A stretch of DNA of 64,000 nucleotides from an uncultured cyanobacterium. Its GTDB lineage: Bacteria > Cyanobacteriota > Cyanobacteriia > PCC-9006 > JAAUQQ01. The stretch lies in NCBI GenBank assembly GCA_963718615.1, contig OY970368.1:4640001-4704000 (forward strand), in the 5' to 3' direction. Shown here one piece after another: positions 28,972 to 38,822 of the stretch; within the stretch, counting starts at the first letter, position 1, and each line of letters opens with the position of its first letter. The notes beneath the pieces were generated by a model. The model ran no database searches and was not told where the DNA came from. It saw only the letters and a list, made by a program, of their open reading frames with translations. The position numbers and the translations under genes were made by a program.

Positions 28972-29919
28972 TGCAACGCACGAAGCGAAAACACCAAAAG
29001 CTAACTAGCGATTGTAGACTTAGACATACAAAACAGTTTTTGATGATTGCATGGGATTTTCTCCAATTTCGATTAGTGGAAAAACAGCTTATATTCATTC
29101 AGCAGTATCAGAGCCGGATTTTGGGGCTGCTACGGTTCTTTCCGATGATCCTTGGGATTATGTAGCATTGTGGTTGCGTCGGGCAGGAAACGATGAGGCG
29201 CGATTTTATTGGGAGCAATCACGCGAGTTTTATAAAGCATCTATCGAGTTGTCGCCTATCTCTTCACCGCTCACTTCATATTACTGCTTCTTAAATGCTA
29301 CGAAATCTTTACTTACTCAGAAGCGAATTTCTTTTTCAGATAAGCATGGTGTTACCGGATTTACAAAAACTGGCAAAAAGTGTTTAACCAATGAAGTGGT
29401 TAAACTTCAGGGGAGTGGAGTATTGTATTCGCTATGCAGTTTTCTAGGTGAAAATATTCTCCCTAATGAAACTTACTCTCTAAATGAAGTTTTTTATCAT
29501 CTACCATTTCTACATAGGGCATTTACATTAACATACAAGTCAAAAACTGAGCTATTCCTACCAGTTAAGCAACCCATGTTTGTTCGGAAAGACGGTAGTG
29601 ATGATGCTTGGTTTGTTGCTGAACTAGATGCGAGATATGCCTCCAGTCAATTAAAGAACATTCTGCCATCTGCATACGAGGTAGATGCAGGTGTAAAAAA
29701 TCGTTGTTTGATAAGACGAAAAAAGAGATTCAAGTGGAAAACAAGAGGCAACCACCAAGCGAATAATCTAACCAATTTGGTCAATTATCACAAGGAAGTA
29801 CGACGAGATATCACTCCTATTTTTGCTCCGATAAATAGTTGGTATTGAGGTGGACCCAATCGACTGAACAGATTTAACAGGAGACTAAGCTCTGAATTCT
29901 CCCCGGATTGGACCTCTAT

Positions 29920-30783
29920 TCAGCGACTGCTCTCAGCTGCACCGTCAAAGTAAATCTCATCCGGTGTTTTGTAATCCAACGACTGATGCAATCTCAACTG
30001 ATTATACCAGCTAAACCATTTCTTCACCTCCTGATTTAAGTGATTCCCATCCTCAAAACTCTTCAGATAAATCAGCTCGTACTTCAGCGATCGCCACAGC
30101 CTTTCAATGAAGATGTTGTCATGACACCTTCCCCGTCCATCCATGCTCACCTGGGCTCCGGCTGTTCTCAACCTCTCGGTAAACACCTTCGCCGTGAACT
30201 GAGACCCCTGATCTGAATTGAAGATATCAGGACATCCATATTCCTCCAACGCTTCCTCCAATGCATCCAAACAGAACTGCACATCCATCGTGTTCGAGAT
30301 TCGCCAGCTCAGCACCTTACGGCTGTACCAGTCCATAATCGCCACCAGATAGAAATGCCCCTTCAGCACCGGCAGATAGGTGATGTCCGTGCTCCAGACC
30401 TGGTTTACCTTATCAATCGCCACACCCCTCAGCAGATAGGGATATATCTTGTGCTCCGGGTTTGCCACAGTCAGCTTCGGCTTCGGATACAGCGTTTGTA
30501 GACCCAGCTTTCGCATCAACCGCTGCACTCGCTTGCGATTCACATCATGACCCTCTCTCTTCAACTGAGCCGTCATCCGACGAGAGCCATAGAACGGCAT
30601 CTCCAGATACAGCTCATCCAAGCGACGCAGCAGTTCTAGCTCAGAGTCACTCACTGCTTTGGCACGGTAGTACAAGCTCGAACGGCTGATGCCCAGTAGC
30701 TGACATTGACGCACCAGGCTCAACTCCTCGTGCTCTCGCTCTACCAGGGCTTTTCGCTGCTCAACCCCAGTTTGGCTGAGCAC
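29920..30783 (-). CDS. IS3 transposase OrfB (DDE)
   Basis: WSTDITY, FNSDQGSQF, DNIFIERLWRSLKYE. Confidence 0.95.
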   Translation of the reverse strand: MLSQTGVEQRKALVEREHEELSLVRQCQLLGISRSSLYYRAKAVSDSELELLRRLDELYLEMPFYGSRRMTAQLKREGHDVNRKRVQRLMRKLGLQTLYPKPKLTVANPEHKIYPYLLRGVAIDKVNQVWSTDITYLPVLKGHFYLVAIMDWYSRKVLSWRISNTMDVQFCLDALEEALEEYGCPDIFNSDQGSQFTAKVFTERLRTAGAQVSMDGRGRCHDNIFIERLWRSLKYELIYLKSFEDGNHLNQEVKKWFSWYNQLRLHQSLDYKTPDEIYFDGAAESSR

Positions 30784-31064
30784 TCCGCTAAAAAATCCCG
30801 TTCCACCTTCAGCTTGCCGATTTGCCGATACAGCTCGTTGATTTCTGCCTGTTTATTCGCTTCCTCCTTTCCTCTATCAGATGTCTGGCCTGAATCAAAG
30901 ACGCTGCTTGCCCCTTCCAAGAGCTGCCTCTTCCACTGATGGATCAGCGTTGGATGCACATTGTGTTGGCTCGCCAGTTCCGGCACCGTCTTTGCCCCTT
31001 GCAAGGCTTCCAAGGCGATTCTCGATTTGAACTGGGCGCTGTACTGTCGGCGTTTCTTGCTCAT
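30741..31064 (-). CDS. IS3 transposase OrfA (HTH)
   Basis: YSAQFKSRIALEAL...LYRQIGKLKVERDFL; overlaps OrfB. Confidence 0.95.
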   Translation of the reverse strand: MSKKRRQYSAQFKSRIALEALQGAKTVPELASQHNVHPTLIHQWKRQLLEGASSVFDSGQTSDRGKEEANKQAEINELYRQIGKLKVERDFLAECSAKLGLSSEKPW

Positions 31065-31389
31065 CTTCTACTCCTATCATTTTTCGTGGAGTTTCAGAGC
31101 TTAACCCCCTGTCCAGTTTTTGGGGTCCACTATATATATCCAGAAGAAATTGAAAACAGTTACACCAATATCAAAATCACAATTGCCTCTGATTTTTGTT
31201 GCGATGCACAAGCTTAGTGAGTTGTCGAGATATGATCCCATAACATTGGCGCGTCATCTAGACCTACAGCATAACTGGATTCTTACAGAGTTTCTTCAAG
31301 TGGCACCAGCACAATTTATTAACCACATTGCTTGTGAAATCACAGGTAAAGAGTTTGTAAAACCATATGCAGCAAGGCTATCGTAAAAC

Positions 31390-31414
31390 AGTCCAACATA
31401 GGCCCTGAGGCGGA
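31390..31414 (+). other. Left half (R''-L'') of a truncated attC
   Basis: GTCCAAC-ATAGGCCCTGAGGCGGAC right after the YaaC stop; GTCCAAC complements the cassette start GTTGGAC (28965). No right half seen. Confidence 0.65.
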
Positions 31415-31554
31415 CAGGGTCAATAGATGAAGATAAAAAATAACTCTGATATCAAGTGTCAAGACATTTGCCTGTCGCGACAATTAGAAGGCGGGGAGCC
31501 CACTGAATTGGCAAAAGGAAATGAGAAGCGGCAATCTCAGGTCAAGACGACAAT

Positions 31555-32469
31555 CTAAGATCGCTTCTGGTGTGTCGATGTTTGGGAGTCAGATTCAGAG
31601 GATTTTGCCGGGAGTGCCTTCAAGTTCTCAGAGCGCTGGTGAGCGGAGCGTTTACGAAAACTGTCCGCCTTGATTTCGAGAATGACCGCATGGTGAATGA
31701 GGCGGTCAACGGCGGCGACGGTCATCATGGAATCACCAAAGATGGAGTTCCACTCACTGAACGGCTGATTGGCAGTGACCATGATGCTTTTGCGCTCATA
31801 GCGATAGGCAATGAGTTCAAAGAGAACGGAGGTTTCTGCCTCGGATTTTTGGACATAGCCGAGGTCATCAATGATCACGAGGTCAAAGCGGTCGAGCTTT
31901 TTCAGGGCAGGCTGAAGCTGGAGATGAAGCTTTTCTTTTTGGAGATACTGCACCAGGGTGGTGGCACAGAAGAATTTGACGCGCTTGCCCGCTTCCAGGG
32001 CGGCACGAGCGATGCCAGCGGCCAGATGGGTTTTGCCGACCCCAGAAGGTCCGAAGAAGAGACAGTTTTGGGCGTCATCAATCCACTGGGGTTCAGTGGC
32101 GAGTTTTTGAATCGGGAGAGGGTTAACCAGGGGCAGGTGTGTCCAATCGAAATTGGAAACCGTTTTGGCGTTGGGCAGTTGAGCTTCGGTGATGGCTCTT
32201 TGGAGGCGCAAAGCCTTGCGGCGGTCTGTTTCGAGTTGGCACAGGGCCAAGAGAAATTGCGCGTAGGACCAGGTCTCTCGCATGGCTTGCTGCTCCAAGG
32301 TCTCCCAGTGGTTGAGCATATGGGATAAGCGCAGGTGCTTGAGCTGAGCGCTGAGGCTTTGGTAAGGGCTCAGCTCCGGTTGAGACGAGCTCTGGTTCTG
32401 CATCTGGGATGACGCTGCTGTGGGTGAACAGAAGGGCATCGTAGTCGTTGAGGTCATGTTGTTGGACAT
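31555..32469 (-). CDS. istB: IS21 helper ATPase IstB (true start may be 32403)
   Basis: GPSGVGKTHLA, LVIIDDLGY, AAVDRLIHH. Confidence 0.95.
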   Translation of the reverse strand: MSNNMTSTTTMPFCSPTAASSQMQNQSSSQPELSPYQSLSAQLKHLRLSHMLNHWETLEQQAMRETWSYAQFLLALCQLETDRRKALRLQRAITEAQLPNAKTVSNFDWTHLPLVNPLPIQKLATEPQWIDDAQNCLFFGPSGVGKTHLAAGIARAALEAGKRVKFFCATTLVQYLQKEKLHLQLQPALKKLDRFDLVIIDDLGYVQKSEAETSVLFELIAYRYERKSIMVTANQPFSEWNSIFGDSMMTVAAVDRLIHHAVILEIKADSFRKRSAHQRSENLKALPAKSSESDSQTSTHQKRS

Positions 32470-33913
32470 TCACGGTGGGGAATTCGAGTTTGGTGAGCAA
32501 CTGAAAATGGAGTCTGAGCCTTGAGAGGGTGAGGGTTTTGGCCTCAATCTCTGGGAAGAGGTAGTCAGCGACCGCCGCTTCCTTGTTTTGGGTCGCCGCA
32601 ATATAGAGGGCTTCGACCATGAGCACGGCGGCAGAATCAAGCTCAAAGCCAGCCTGGAGCTGTTTCCAGAGTTGGTGATAGCGCTCATTGGGCAGGAGGT
32701 CCTCTCGCCAGGTGCTGTGGAGGAAGGCCAAGGGCTTTTTGCGCAACCCTTCGATGACATGGTGATAGTCCACCGAGCGGGCGCGCCGCTTGTCCTTGTC
32801 AGTAGAACGAATCCGTTTCAACCTGAACACTTCATGGCCTTCGAGGTAGCCCATCAGGCGGTTGTGGTGCAGATGCACTTCCAGGGACCGGCCAATTAAG
32901 CGAGACGGCACGCTGTAGAGCATGCAGCGGATATCAATCGTGCTGTTGCTGCTCACCTTGGCGGTGAGGAGTTCGTAGTCCGCAGCCCGGTATTTGGGCA
33001 ACGCCTGGAGATGCGCTTTCTCATGCTCATACTTATCCTGATGCTGGGCATTGAGCTTGGCCACACAGTCATTGAGCAGGTCTTGATAGTCGCTGACGCT
33101 AGCGAAGTCGGTGCTGCCGCGCAGGTACATCGCTTGGACAATGCGGTTCTTCAGATGACCGTGGGGGCCTTCAATAGAACCGTTCTCGTGGGCGATTCCC
33201 CGGTTGTTTCGCGTCGGTTGCAACCGATAGTGCTCACACAGGTCGTCATACAAGCGCGTCAGCGGTTTGGTCTTCTTCCCACCCAGATTTCGATAGGCCG
33301 CACTCAGGCTATCGGTGCGATGCTGCTTTGGAGCCCCGCCGCAGGCAAACAGGGCATTCTGCAATCCTTCGGATAGGGCGACAAAGCTTTCACCCCCCTC
33401 GATTAACTCCGCGTAGGACCAGCCGCTGTAGCCCAAGCGGTAGTGATAAATCAAGTGCTCATAGGGCTTTCCATTTATCGTCACCACCGTCCCTTTGAGT
33501 TCGGTGAAGTCGGAAAATCCTTGCACCCCCGGCTCGTGACGCAGCTCAAACATCACCTCGGGAGCTGGACCATACAGTGCTTTCCAGGTTCTCACTCGCC
33601 GCTGAAGCGTCCTGAGCACTTGCGGATATTGACCCGGATATTTGTCCTGCAAATGCTCAAATAACGTCGTCGGTTTCAGTCTTGGCTCAGCTCGCAGCAT
33701 CGCCTCTAGTTCGGCTTCCCAAAGACCGTTGAGTGGATCTGGCCGGGTCCGCACCCCGGTGCCCTCTCCACTCCCCTGCTGCCACTCGTTGGCATCCATT
33801 CGTTGCGCGGTTCGCACCGAAAATTCCGCCACCGCTGCCGCATCTTGCTGCGACAGGCCATGCTCCTTTGCATTCATGTACACTCGCTGTTGATACATTA
33901 TTACTCTCGACAC
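32123..33913 (-). CDS. istA: IS21 transposase IstA
   Basis: RTLQRRVRTW, GFSDFT, HRTDSLSAA, HENGSIE. Confidence 0.93.
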   Translation of the reverse strand: MSRVIMYQQRVYMNAKEHGLSQQDAAAVAEFSVRTAQRMDANEWQQGSGEGTGVRTRPDPLNGLWEAELEAMLRAEPRLKPTTLFEHLQDKYPGQYPQVLRTLQRRVRTWKALYGPAPEVMFELRHEPGVQGFSDFTELKGTVVTINGKPYEHLIYHYRLGYSGWSYAELIEGGESFVALSEGLQNALFACGGAPKQHRTDSLSAAYRNLGGKKTKPLTRLYDDLCEHYRLQPTRNNRGIAHENGSIEGPHGHLKNRIVQAMYLRGSTDFASVSDYQDLLNDCVAKLNAQHQDKYEHEKAHLQALPKYRAADYELLTAKVSSNSTIDIRCMLYSVPSRLIGRSLEVHLHHNRLMGYLEGHEVFRLKRIRSTDKDKRRARSVDYHHVIEGLRKKPLAFLHSTWREDLLPNERYHQLWKQLQAGFELDSAAVLMVEALYIAATQNKEAAVADYLFPEIEAKTLTLSRLRLHFQLLTKLEFPTVNVQQHDLNDYDALLFTHSSVIPDAEPELVSTGAEPLPKPQRSAQAPALIPYAQPLGDLGAASHARDLVLRAISLGPVPTRNRPPQGFAPPKSHHRSSTAQRQNGFQFRLDTPAPG

Positions 33914-34264
33914 TCGTTAGAGTCCTTTCTTTCCAGGGGGACCCTATGAGTGTCTTTTTTTGTCGATCGCCACGCCAGTGAGCTGTCAAAGTCTCACGTC
34001 TGTCTCACGATCCAAGCCACGCTTTCGCGACAACTCCCGCCAGGAAATGTCGAGCAGCCGCCAATGCTATTGTCGTCTAACACTCTGATGTAATATCTGA
34101 GCGAATTGAAGCCAGCGCAAACCCCCTAATAGTCATTTTTGAGTATCAGTCGAACTGGTCTATAAGAGCCATCTTCGTATTTTTTGTATTCGATTGGTTC
34201 AAAACCTAAAGCAGTTCAATCGAGCAACAAGATAGAGAACTAATCCGGTAAAAGAGCGACAAAA

Positions 34265-34625
34265 AGAGAGTTTTTGTGCCGGAGAGCAGCGAGATACTTT
34301 TCCTCATCATAAGGAGTCCTATCCTGCCAACATCACTAAAAGAACCCGACCCCATTTATACGCCAAAGCGCGAATAGCCTTAAAGGTTTGCCTCAAAAAG
34401 ATAGGACAAGACCAACGCCAATGGACCCAACGTTTCTTGCCACTTTCTTCCTTAACCGGTGCAATACCGATGTAACTCAGAAAAGCCTGAGCACAGTCAA
34501 AGCGAGTACGGTCTTCCCCGGCAGCATAAGCGGTTGTGCTGAGGTTGAGTTTCATTGTGCTAGATTGGGAGTGTTTTGTTGGATGGAGCGTCTGCCCCCG
34601 CACGCAAAGCGAAGAGATTAGGTCA
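34265..34625 (-). pseudogene. IS110-family transposase fragments
   Basis: YIGIAPVKEESGKKRWVHWRWSCP..LRQTF, AIRALAYKW and YDEEKYLAAL pieces with deletions. Confidence 0.75.
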
Positions 34626-34631
34626 AAGGTC

Positions 34632-35549
34632 CTGCTTGACTGACAAAACTAAGAAGGTGGGAAGTGTGTAAGGACGGTGAATTCACGCCGAAATGACAGT
34701 TCAGCTTGACGCATTGAAGCCATCGCAGGTTCTGGGTCTGGAGCACTAGATAAAAAGCGGTAGACCACAATTTTTGTTTGTTCGGCGATGGCCAAGCGAA
34801 TCCAATTCCAGCCGATTTTGAGATAGCTCATGCCGCGTTTCCAGTGTGGGTCAACGGCTTGCCGCTGGCCCTGAGCCACCACCGCCGTGCCCTGCAAGAC
34901 GAGAAATAGCATGGTCAAAGCGACCACCCAGAGCAATTGCGTCAAAGCAAACGGGTCACGCATACGGCAAGCCTCCACCTGAAAGCCATTGGACTTCAAA
35001 TCGAGAAAATTCTCCTCAATTTGGAACCGCAAGCGATATTCTGCAAAGGTAGACAAATTCGTGGGTTCGTCGCTGGCAATCATCCAGAACTCGCCACTTT
35101 GCAGGTCCTGGGCGAAGGCCAGATAGACGGGGCCATAGGGCTTGGTTTTGCCCAATTGCACTGGGCCAGTAAAGTAGGCTTCACCCGCCGCGAGCTGAAT
35201 GTCGCTGATTTTATGCCATCGGCCATCGTCGCTCTGAAACTGAAACCGTTTCTTAATCCGAATCCGGAAATGCCACTTCAGTGTCTGTCGCAGGTATTTC
35301 AGTAACTTGCCATCGGCAAAGCCTCGGTCAGCCAGCAACACCACTTTGACCGATGGCGGCAAGGTCGCCGCCACTTGCCGCAACACCCGTTGCACATACC
35401 ACAGCCGGATCGTACTGCTTTTGTGCGGCACCACCCGCAAGGCGATGGGGAGGGTGCGGCTCGGTTGTGTCAGAACTCCTAGCCTAAACCAGACTCCAAT
35501 ACCCTCTCTACTTGCGTTTCATCTATTCACACTTTTGTCAGTCAAGCAG
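34632..35549 (-). mobile_element. IS4-family element with 5'-deleted transposase
   Basis: Perfect 17-bp TIR CTGCTTGACTGACAAAA; ORF 34649-35440 with LLADRGF and YRLRFQIEENFLDLK; N-terminus missing; no TSD seen. Confidence 0.85.
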
Positions 35550-35790
35550 CCTTCTCACCTCTGTCCAGCCCCTCCACCAACAGGCCATGGACCTCGCCGA
35601 ACGCGCCGCGATTGGCTTCGCCAAGCTCCGAAGGATCGCCAAACTCCGAGGCGACCTCACTAGCGCCCAAACCCTCCTCCAGCAAGCCTGCCAAGCTGCC
35701 ACCCTTTCCTGGCCAGGAAACTTGCTCGCACAACAAGGTGAAGTCGCAAAGGGAATTACTAAGGATGAAATGGTTTCGATTGTCCCTTGA
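35550..35790 (+). pseudogene. Degenerate TPR gene fragment
   Basis: LHQQAMDLAE...IAKLRGDLTSAQTLLQQA...GNLLAQQGEVAKGI; cut by the IS4 end. Confidence 0.45.
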
Positions 35791-35838
35791 GCGGGGGCGC
35801 AATCCATTTTGCCACCCCGCTCCTCATCCCCAGAACGC

Positions 35839-36570
35839 TTACTCGCAACCCTTAATATTCTTGCCCCCATTAGGAACGCCTTCAGAAATCCAGCCCGTGC
35901 GTTTGCCCCCATTGGCGCTGTCGTAGGTGACCTTGAGCCAAATGCGATCGCCAGCGGTAGTCCGTTCCACCGGATCCGTCGTCAAAACCTGCGACCCCCC
36001 CAGCGGACCATCATTGCCAAACTTCGAGGCTTGAATCTTGCCATTCGGGGTTTCCCGAGCTGCCAGTCCCTCCTTCGGCACCACAAGGAAACAAGCCTTC
36101 GCCGCTGGGGTTGCATTGCCGCTTTCAGGCGCAGGTGTTGGAGTGGGTGTCGGGGCCGGGGCCGGCGTCGGCTTGGGCGCTGAGCTGCCAGGAGCCTTCG
36201 CCTCGCAGTTCGTGAGCAGGGTATCGGTTTTGATCCAGCCCACGAGCGGATCTGTGATCTGAACAATCCCAGACCCCAACACCCCCGTGAGAACAATGCG
36301 GGTAAAGGGCTTGAGGGTGCCTACGGGTTTCGATTGGGCGGTGTCGGCAAAGACGCTGACGGTGTCGCTACCGCTGGAACGACAGGTCCCCACATAGCTG
36401 GCTTTTTCGTTGAGGGGAGTTGTGTCGGTGGCTTGGGCGAGGGCCGGGAAGGAGAGAGAGAGGGGGGCGATCGCCCCAATCATTGCCCCAAGGATGGGTC
36501 CAGCGAAGGCGACGGGGAATACATAGGGTAAACGGTAAGATGCGCTGAGTTGTTTCATTGGTTTAACCAC
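35839..36570 (-). CDS. Secreted protein with SH3-like domains and Pro-rich linker
   Basis: Signal ...FPALAQ; GLAARETP...WLKV...GWISE. Confidence 0.7.
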   Translation of the reverse strand: MVKPMKQLSASYRLPYVFPVAFAGPILGAMIGAIAPLSLSFPALAQATDTTPLNEKASYVGTCRSSGSDTVSVFADTAQSKPVGTLKPFTRIVLTGVLGSGIVQITDPLVGWIKTDTLLTNCEAKAPGSSAPKPTPAPAPTPTPTPAPESGNATPAAKACFLVVPKEGLAARETPNGKIQASKFGNDGPLGGSQVLTTDPVERTTAGDRIWLKVTYDSANGGKRTGWISEGVPNGGKNIKGCE

Positions 36571-36686
36571 GAGCTTATGGTGTAGGTTAACAGCAGCATT
36601 GAACCATGCCTTTATCGAGGATTTGAGTCAAATTGATAGAAAACTTGACAGAAACCCAACAAAGGTAGGCTGAATCACGTTTTGTA

Positions 36687-36810
36687 CAACAGTCCGGACA
36701 GTTTTAAATTAAGGGGCTAAAACCCTTGATTTCTCGTTACTGAGGTGGGCTTCACAAAGGGCCGAAACCCGCATTCTGTCGTAGTCAATCAAAAACTGTC
36801 CAGAGTATTG
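36687..36810. mobile_element. 124-bp MITE (probably IS4-derived)
   Basis: TIRs CAACAGTCCGGACAGTTTT / AAAACTGTCCAGAGTATTG; flanking TTTGTA duplication (36681-36686, 36811-36816). Confidence 0.8.
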
Positions 36811-36957
36811 TTTGTATATACCATGATTTATCATCACCAAGTCAATGAATCTCTCTTACCTAGCTCATAAATTAAACGAATTGAATAGGATTTTACACTC
36901 CATTAGGTAGTCGTTTAAGAGATAGATCAAACATTAGATCGTGATAATTAAAAAGAT

Positions 36958-37611
36958 TTAGTTGATTCGTAAATAAGAGTCTTGAAGGGTAAGATTTTCA
37001 ATGTCTGTACTAAATCTAGAAATTGATTTCTGCACAAAAGAAACAACTTCATCAGTGTATTTAGAGGAAGGCTCCAAAAGTTCTCCATGGGCAATCGCAC
37101 ATCGATTTTTAAGCAAATCATCAATAAATGGTCCATGTGTTGCCCAGTGCATTGAGTAATCTATGCCAAGGGTTAGACAGATATTTTCAAGAACTTCTGA
37201 ATTTAGATTAGATTCTGTATCAATAATAGACGATGCTTGTACTCCTCTGATGTTCAGACAACAATCATCTCTTAGACGCTGAACAATTTTTATATGAGAT
37301 CTAATTTTCTTAGCAGCTTTAGATGCAACCAAGATTTCTGCACGACAAGCGATCGCTTGAAAATTTGAGGTTAAGCTTTCTAATGTCGGAGTTTTGAAGA
37401 AGACATAATCTACATATGCTGTTGCAGCATGCTTTACAAACCCCTCCCAATGTGCATAAGCCAAGAGAACTGCACTTCTGCACACTATTGGTTGTTCGTG
37501 CTTACGGCCATGAGTAATCAGTTGAGCCAATGTGATTAGCTCTCGTCGCCGTTTTTGACTATTTTGCGCAAGCGAGTCTATAAGAGAATCTTTACTTTTA
37601 TGAACACTCAT
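36958..37611 (-). CDS. MAE_28990/MAE_18760-family HEPN-like nuclease
   Basis: LLAYAHWEGFVK, IDTESNL and RCAIAHG (R-x4-H). Confidence 0.85.
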   Translation of the reverse strand: MSVHKSKDSLIDSLAQNSQKRRRELITLAQLITHGRKHEQPIVCRSAVLLAYAHWEGFVKHAATAYVDYVFFKTPTLESLTSNFQAIACRAEILVASKAAKKIRSHIKIVQRLRDDCCLNIRGVQASSIIDTESNLNSEVLENICLTLGIDYSMHWATHGPFIDDLLKNRCAIAHGELLEPSSKYTDEVVSFVQKSISRFSTDIENLTLQDSYLRIN

Positions 37612-38716
37612 CAAGCCACTCACGCCCAAATGTTATAGTCCGGGGAATCCGTGTAGATGAGCGGACACCTGATTTTGTGAACTGCTTGAGTTGATCATTA
37701 GAGCCTAAAAGACGGTGTTTTTCTATAAATTTTGTTGGATTAGGAAATGTCTTTTCCTGTAACCTTCTCCGCGCTAGTCCTACTCCAATAACTTCAAATA
37801 GGGACACTAATGTTGCGCCGTAATAACACGATTTACGACTATCAAATTTTCTAAAGCTATCTTGTCCAAGATGTTCTGAAAGGTACTGAAATACCTCATC
37901 AAATACCAAGCCTATGCGTACTTTATCAAAATCTTGTGAGTTCGAAATATCGACAATCTCATCAGTTAAGAATCCACCCAGCTCCTCTATACTTAGAAGC
38001 CTTGACTCATCTACTACAGAAAACACAATGAATCTTGTAATTAGTTCCAGATCAAAAGCTTCATCCATTGCCCTCTCCGTCAACAGTATTGTTTCAGAGA
38101 AGAATTTATTCGCTCCTAAATCTTTCTTAAGCCACTCAAAGAAGCTGCGATTATTCATGACGAGAATACAGTTTCTAACTTCTTGGTCAGTCCCTGCCGA
38201 GCCGCCGCTATTCAATCGTTGAAAAATTTCATACTTTGCAATTTCATCGCTCGTATTCTTTACTATATTAACATCTAAACGAGCACGTTTTATTTTAATT
38301 CGTGCTGACTCTGGAAGTCTATCACGGCCTTCAAAATCTTCTTTCCATACTTTACCTGCAAGGCTAGGAAGATACTTGGTTCCGGTTAGAACAAGAGGTT
38401 CTTGTTCTTGATTCATCTCATCTTTAAGGATACCCATTAATTCAAAAATAGTAGACAGTCGCTGTAAACCATCAATGACATCCCATCTAGACTTGTCGTT
38501 CTCTGAAACAAATATTGGTGGTATGGGAATACCAAGTAAGAGTGATTCTACTAACCTAGATTTCTGCTCGGACTTCCATCTAAAAAAACGTTGAAATTCA
38601 GGATGTATGTTAAGTTCTCCATCTGTATACATGGAGGATAATTCTCCTACAGACATTGAATACGAGTCGCTTGACACCTTCGCAGAATGCTTACTAATTT
38701 CTGCCTCTAAATTCAT
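37598..38716 (-). CDS. DUF262 (ParB-like) domain protein
   Basis: PEFQRFFRW, LLLGIPIPPIF, VIDGLQRLSTI, IFQRLNSGG. Confidence 0.92.
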   Translation of the reverse strand: MNLEAEISKHSAKVSSDSYSMSVGELSSMYTDGELNIHPEFQRFFRWKSEQKSRLVESLLLGIPIPPIFVSENDKSRWDVIDGLQRLSTIFELMGILKDEMNQEQEPLVLTGTKYLPSLAGKVWKEDFEGRDRLPESARIKIKRARLDVNIVKNTSDEIAKYEIFQRLNSGGSAGTDQEVRNCILVMNNRSFFEWLKKDLGANKFFSETILLTERAMDEAFDLELITRFIVFSVVDESRLLSIEELGGFLTDEIVDISNSQDFDKVRIGLVFDEVFQYLSEHLGQDSFRKFDSRKSCYYGATLVSLFEVIGVGLARRRLQEKTFPNPTKFIEKHRLLGSNDQLKQFTKSGVRSSTRIPRTITFGREWLDECS

Positions 38717-38822
38717 AGGTACTATTAAACAGATGAGTACATTTAAGTTTTATAAAGTAGAGCTTCGAGATTAAGGGTAGCTCTAAAGCTTAGAATCTAC
38801 CCTTAAATTTTAAGGTCAAAAT

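Larger units (their letters stand above)
29846..31134 (-). mobile_element. IS3-family insertion sequence
   Basis: TIRs TGAGGTGGACCCAATCGACTGAACAG / CTGTCCAGTTTTTGGGGTCCACTATA; 3-bp TSD TAT. Confidence 0.92.
29051..31386 (+). pseudogene. YaaC-family cassette gene interrupted by IS3
   Basis: PLTSYYCFLNATKSLL, HG and LSELSRYDP motifs; removing the IS and the TAT duplication gives ...NSWY|IQKK in frame (347 aa). Confidence 0.8.
31450..34082 (-). mobile_element. IS21-family insertion sequence
   Basis: istA-istB pair, imperfect TIRs with repeated GACAAT motifs, flanking CTCTGA duplication (31444-31449, 34083-34088). Confidence 0.85.
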
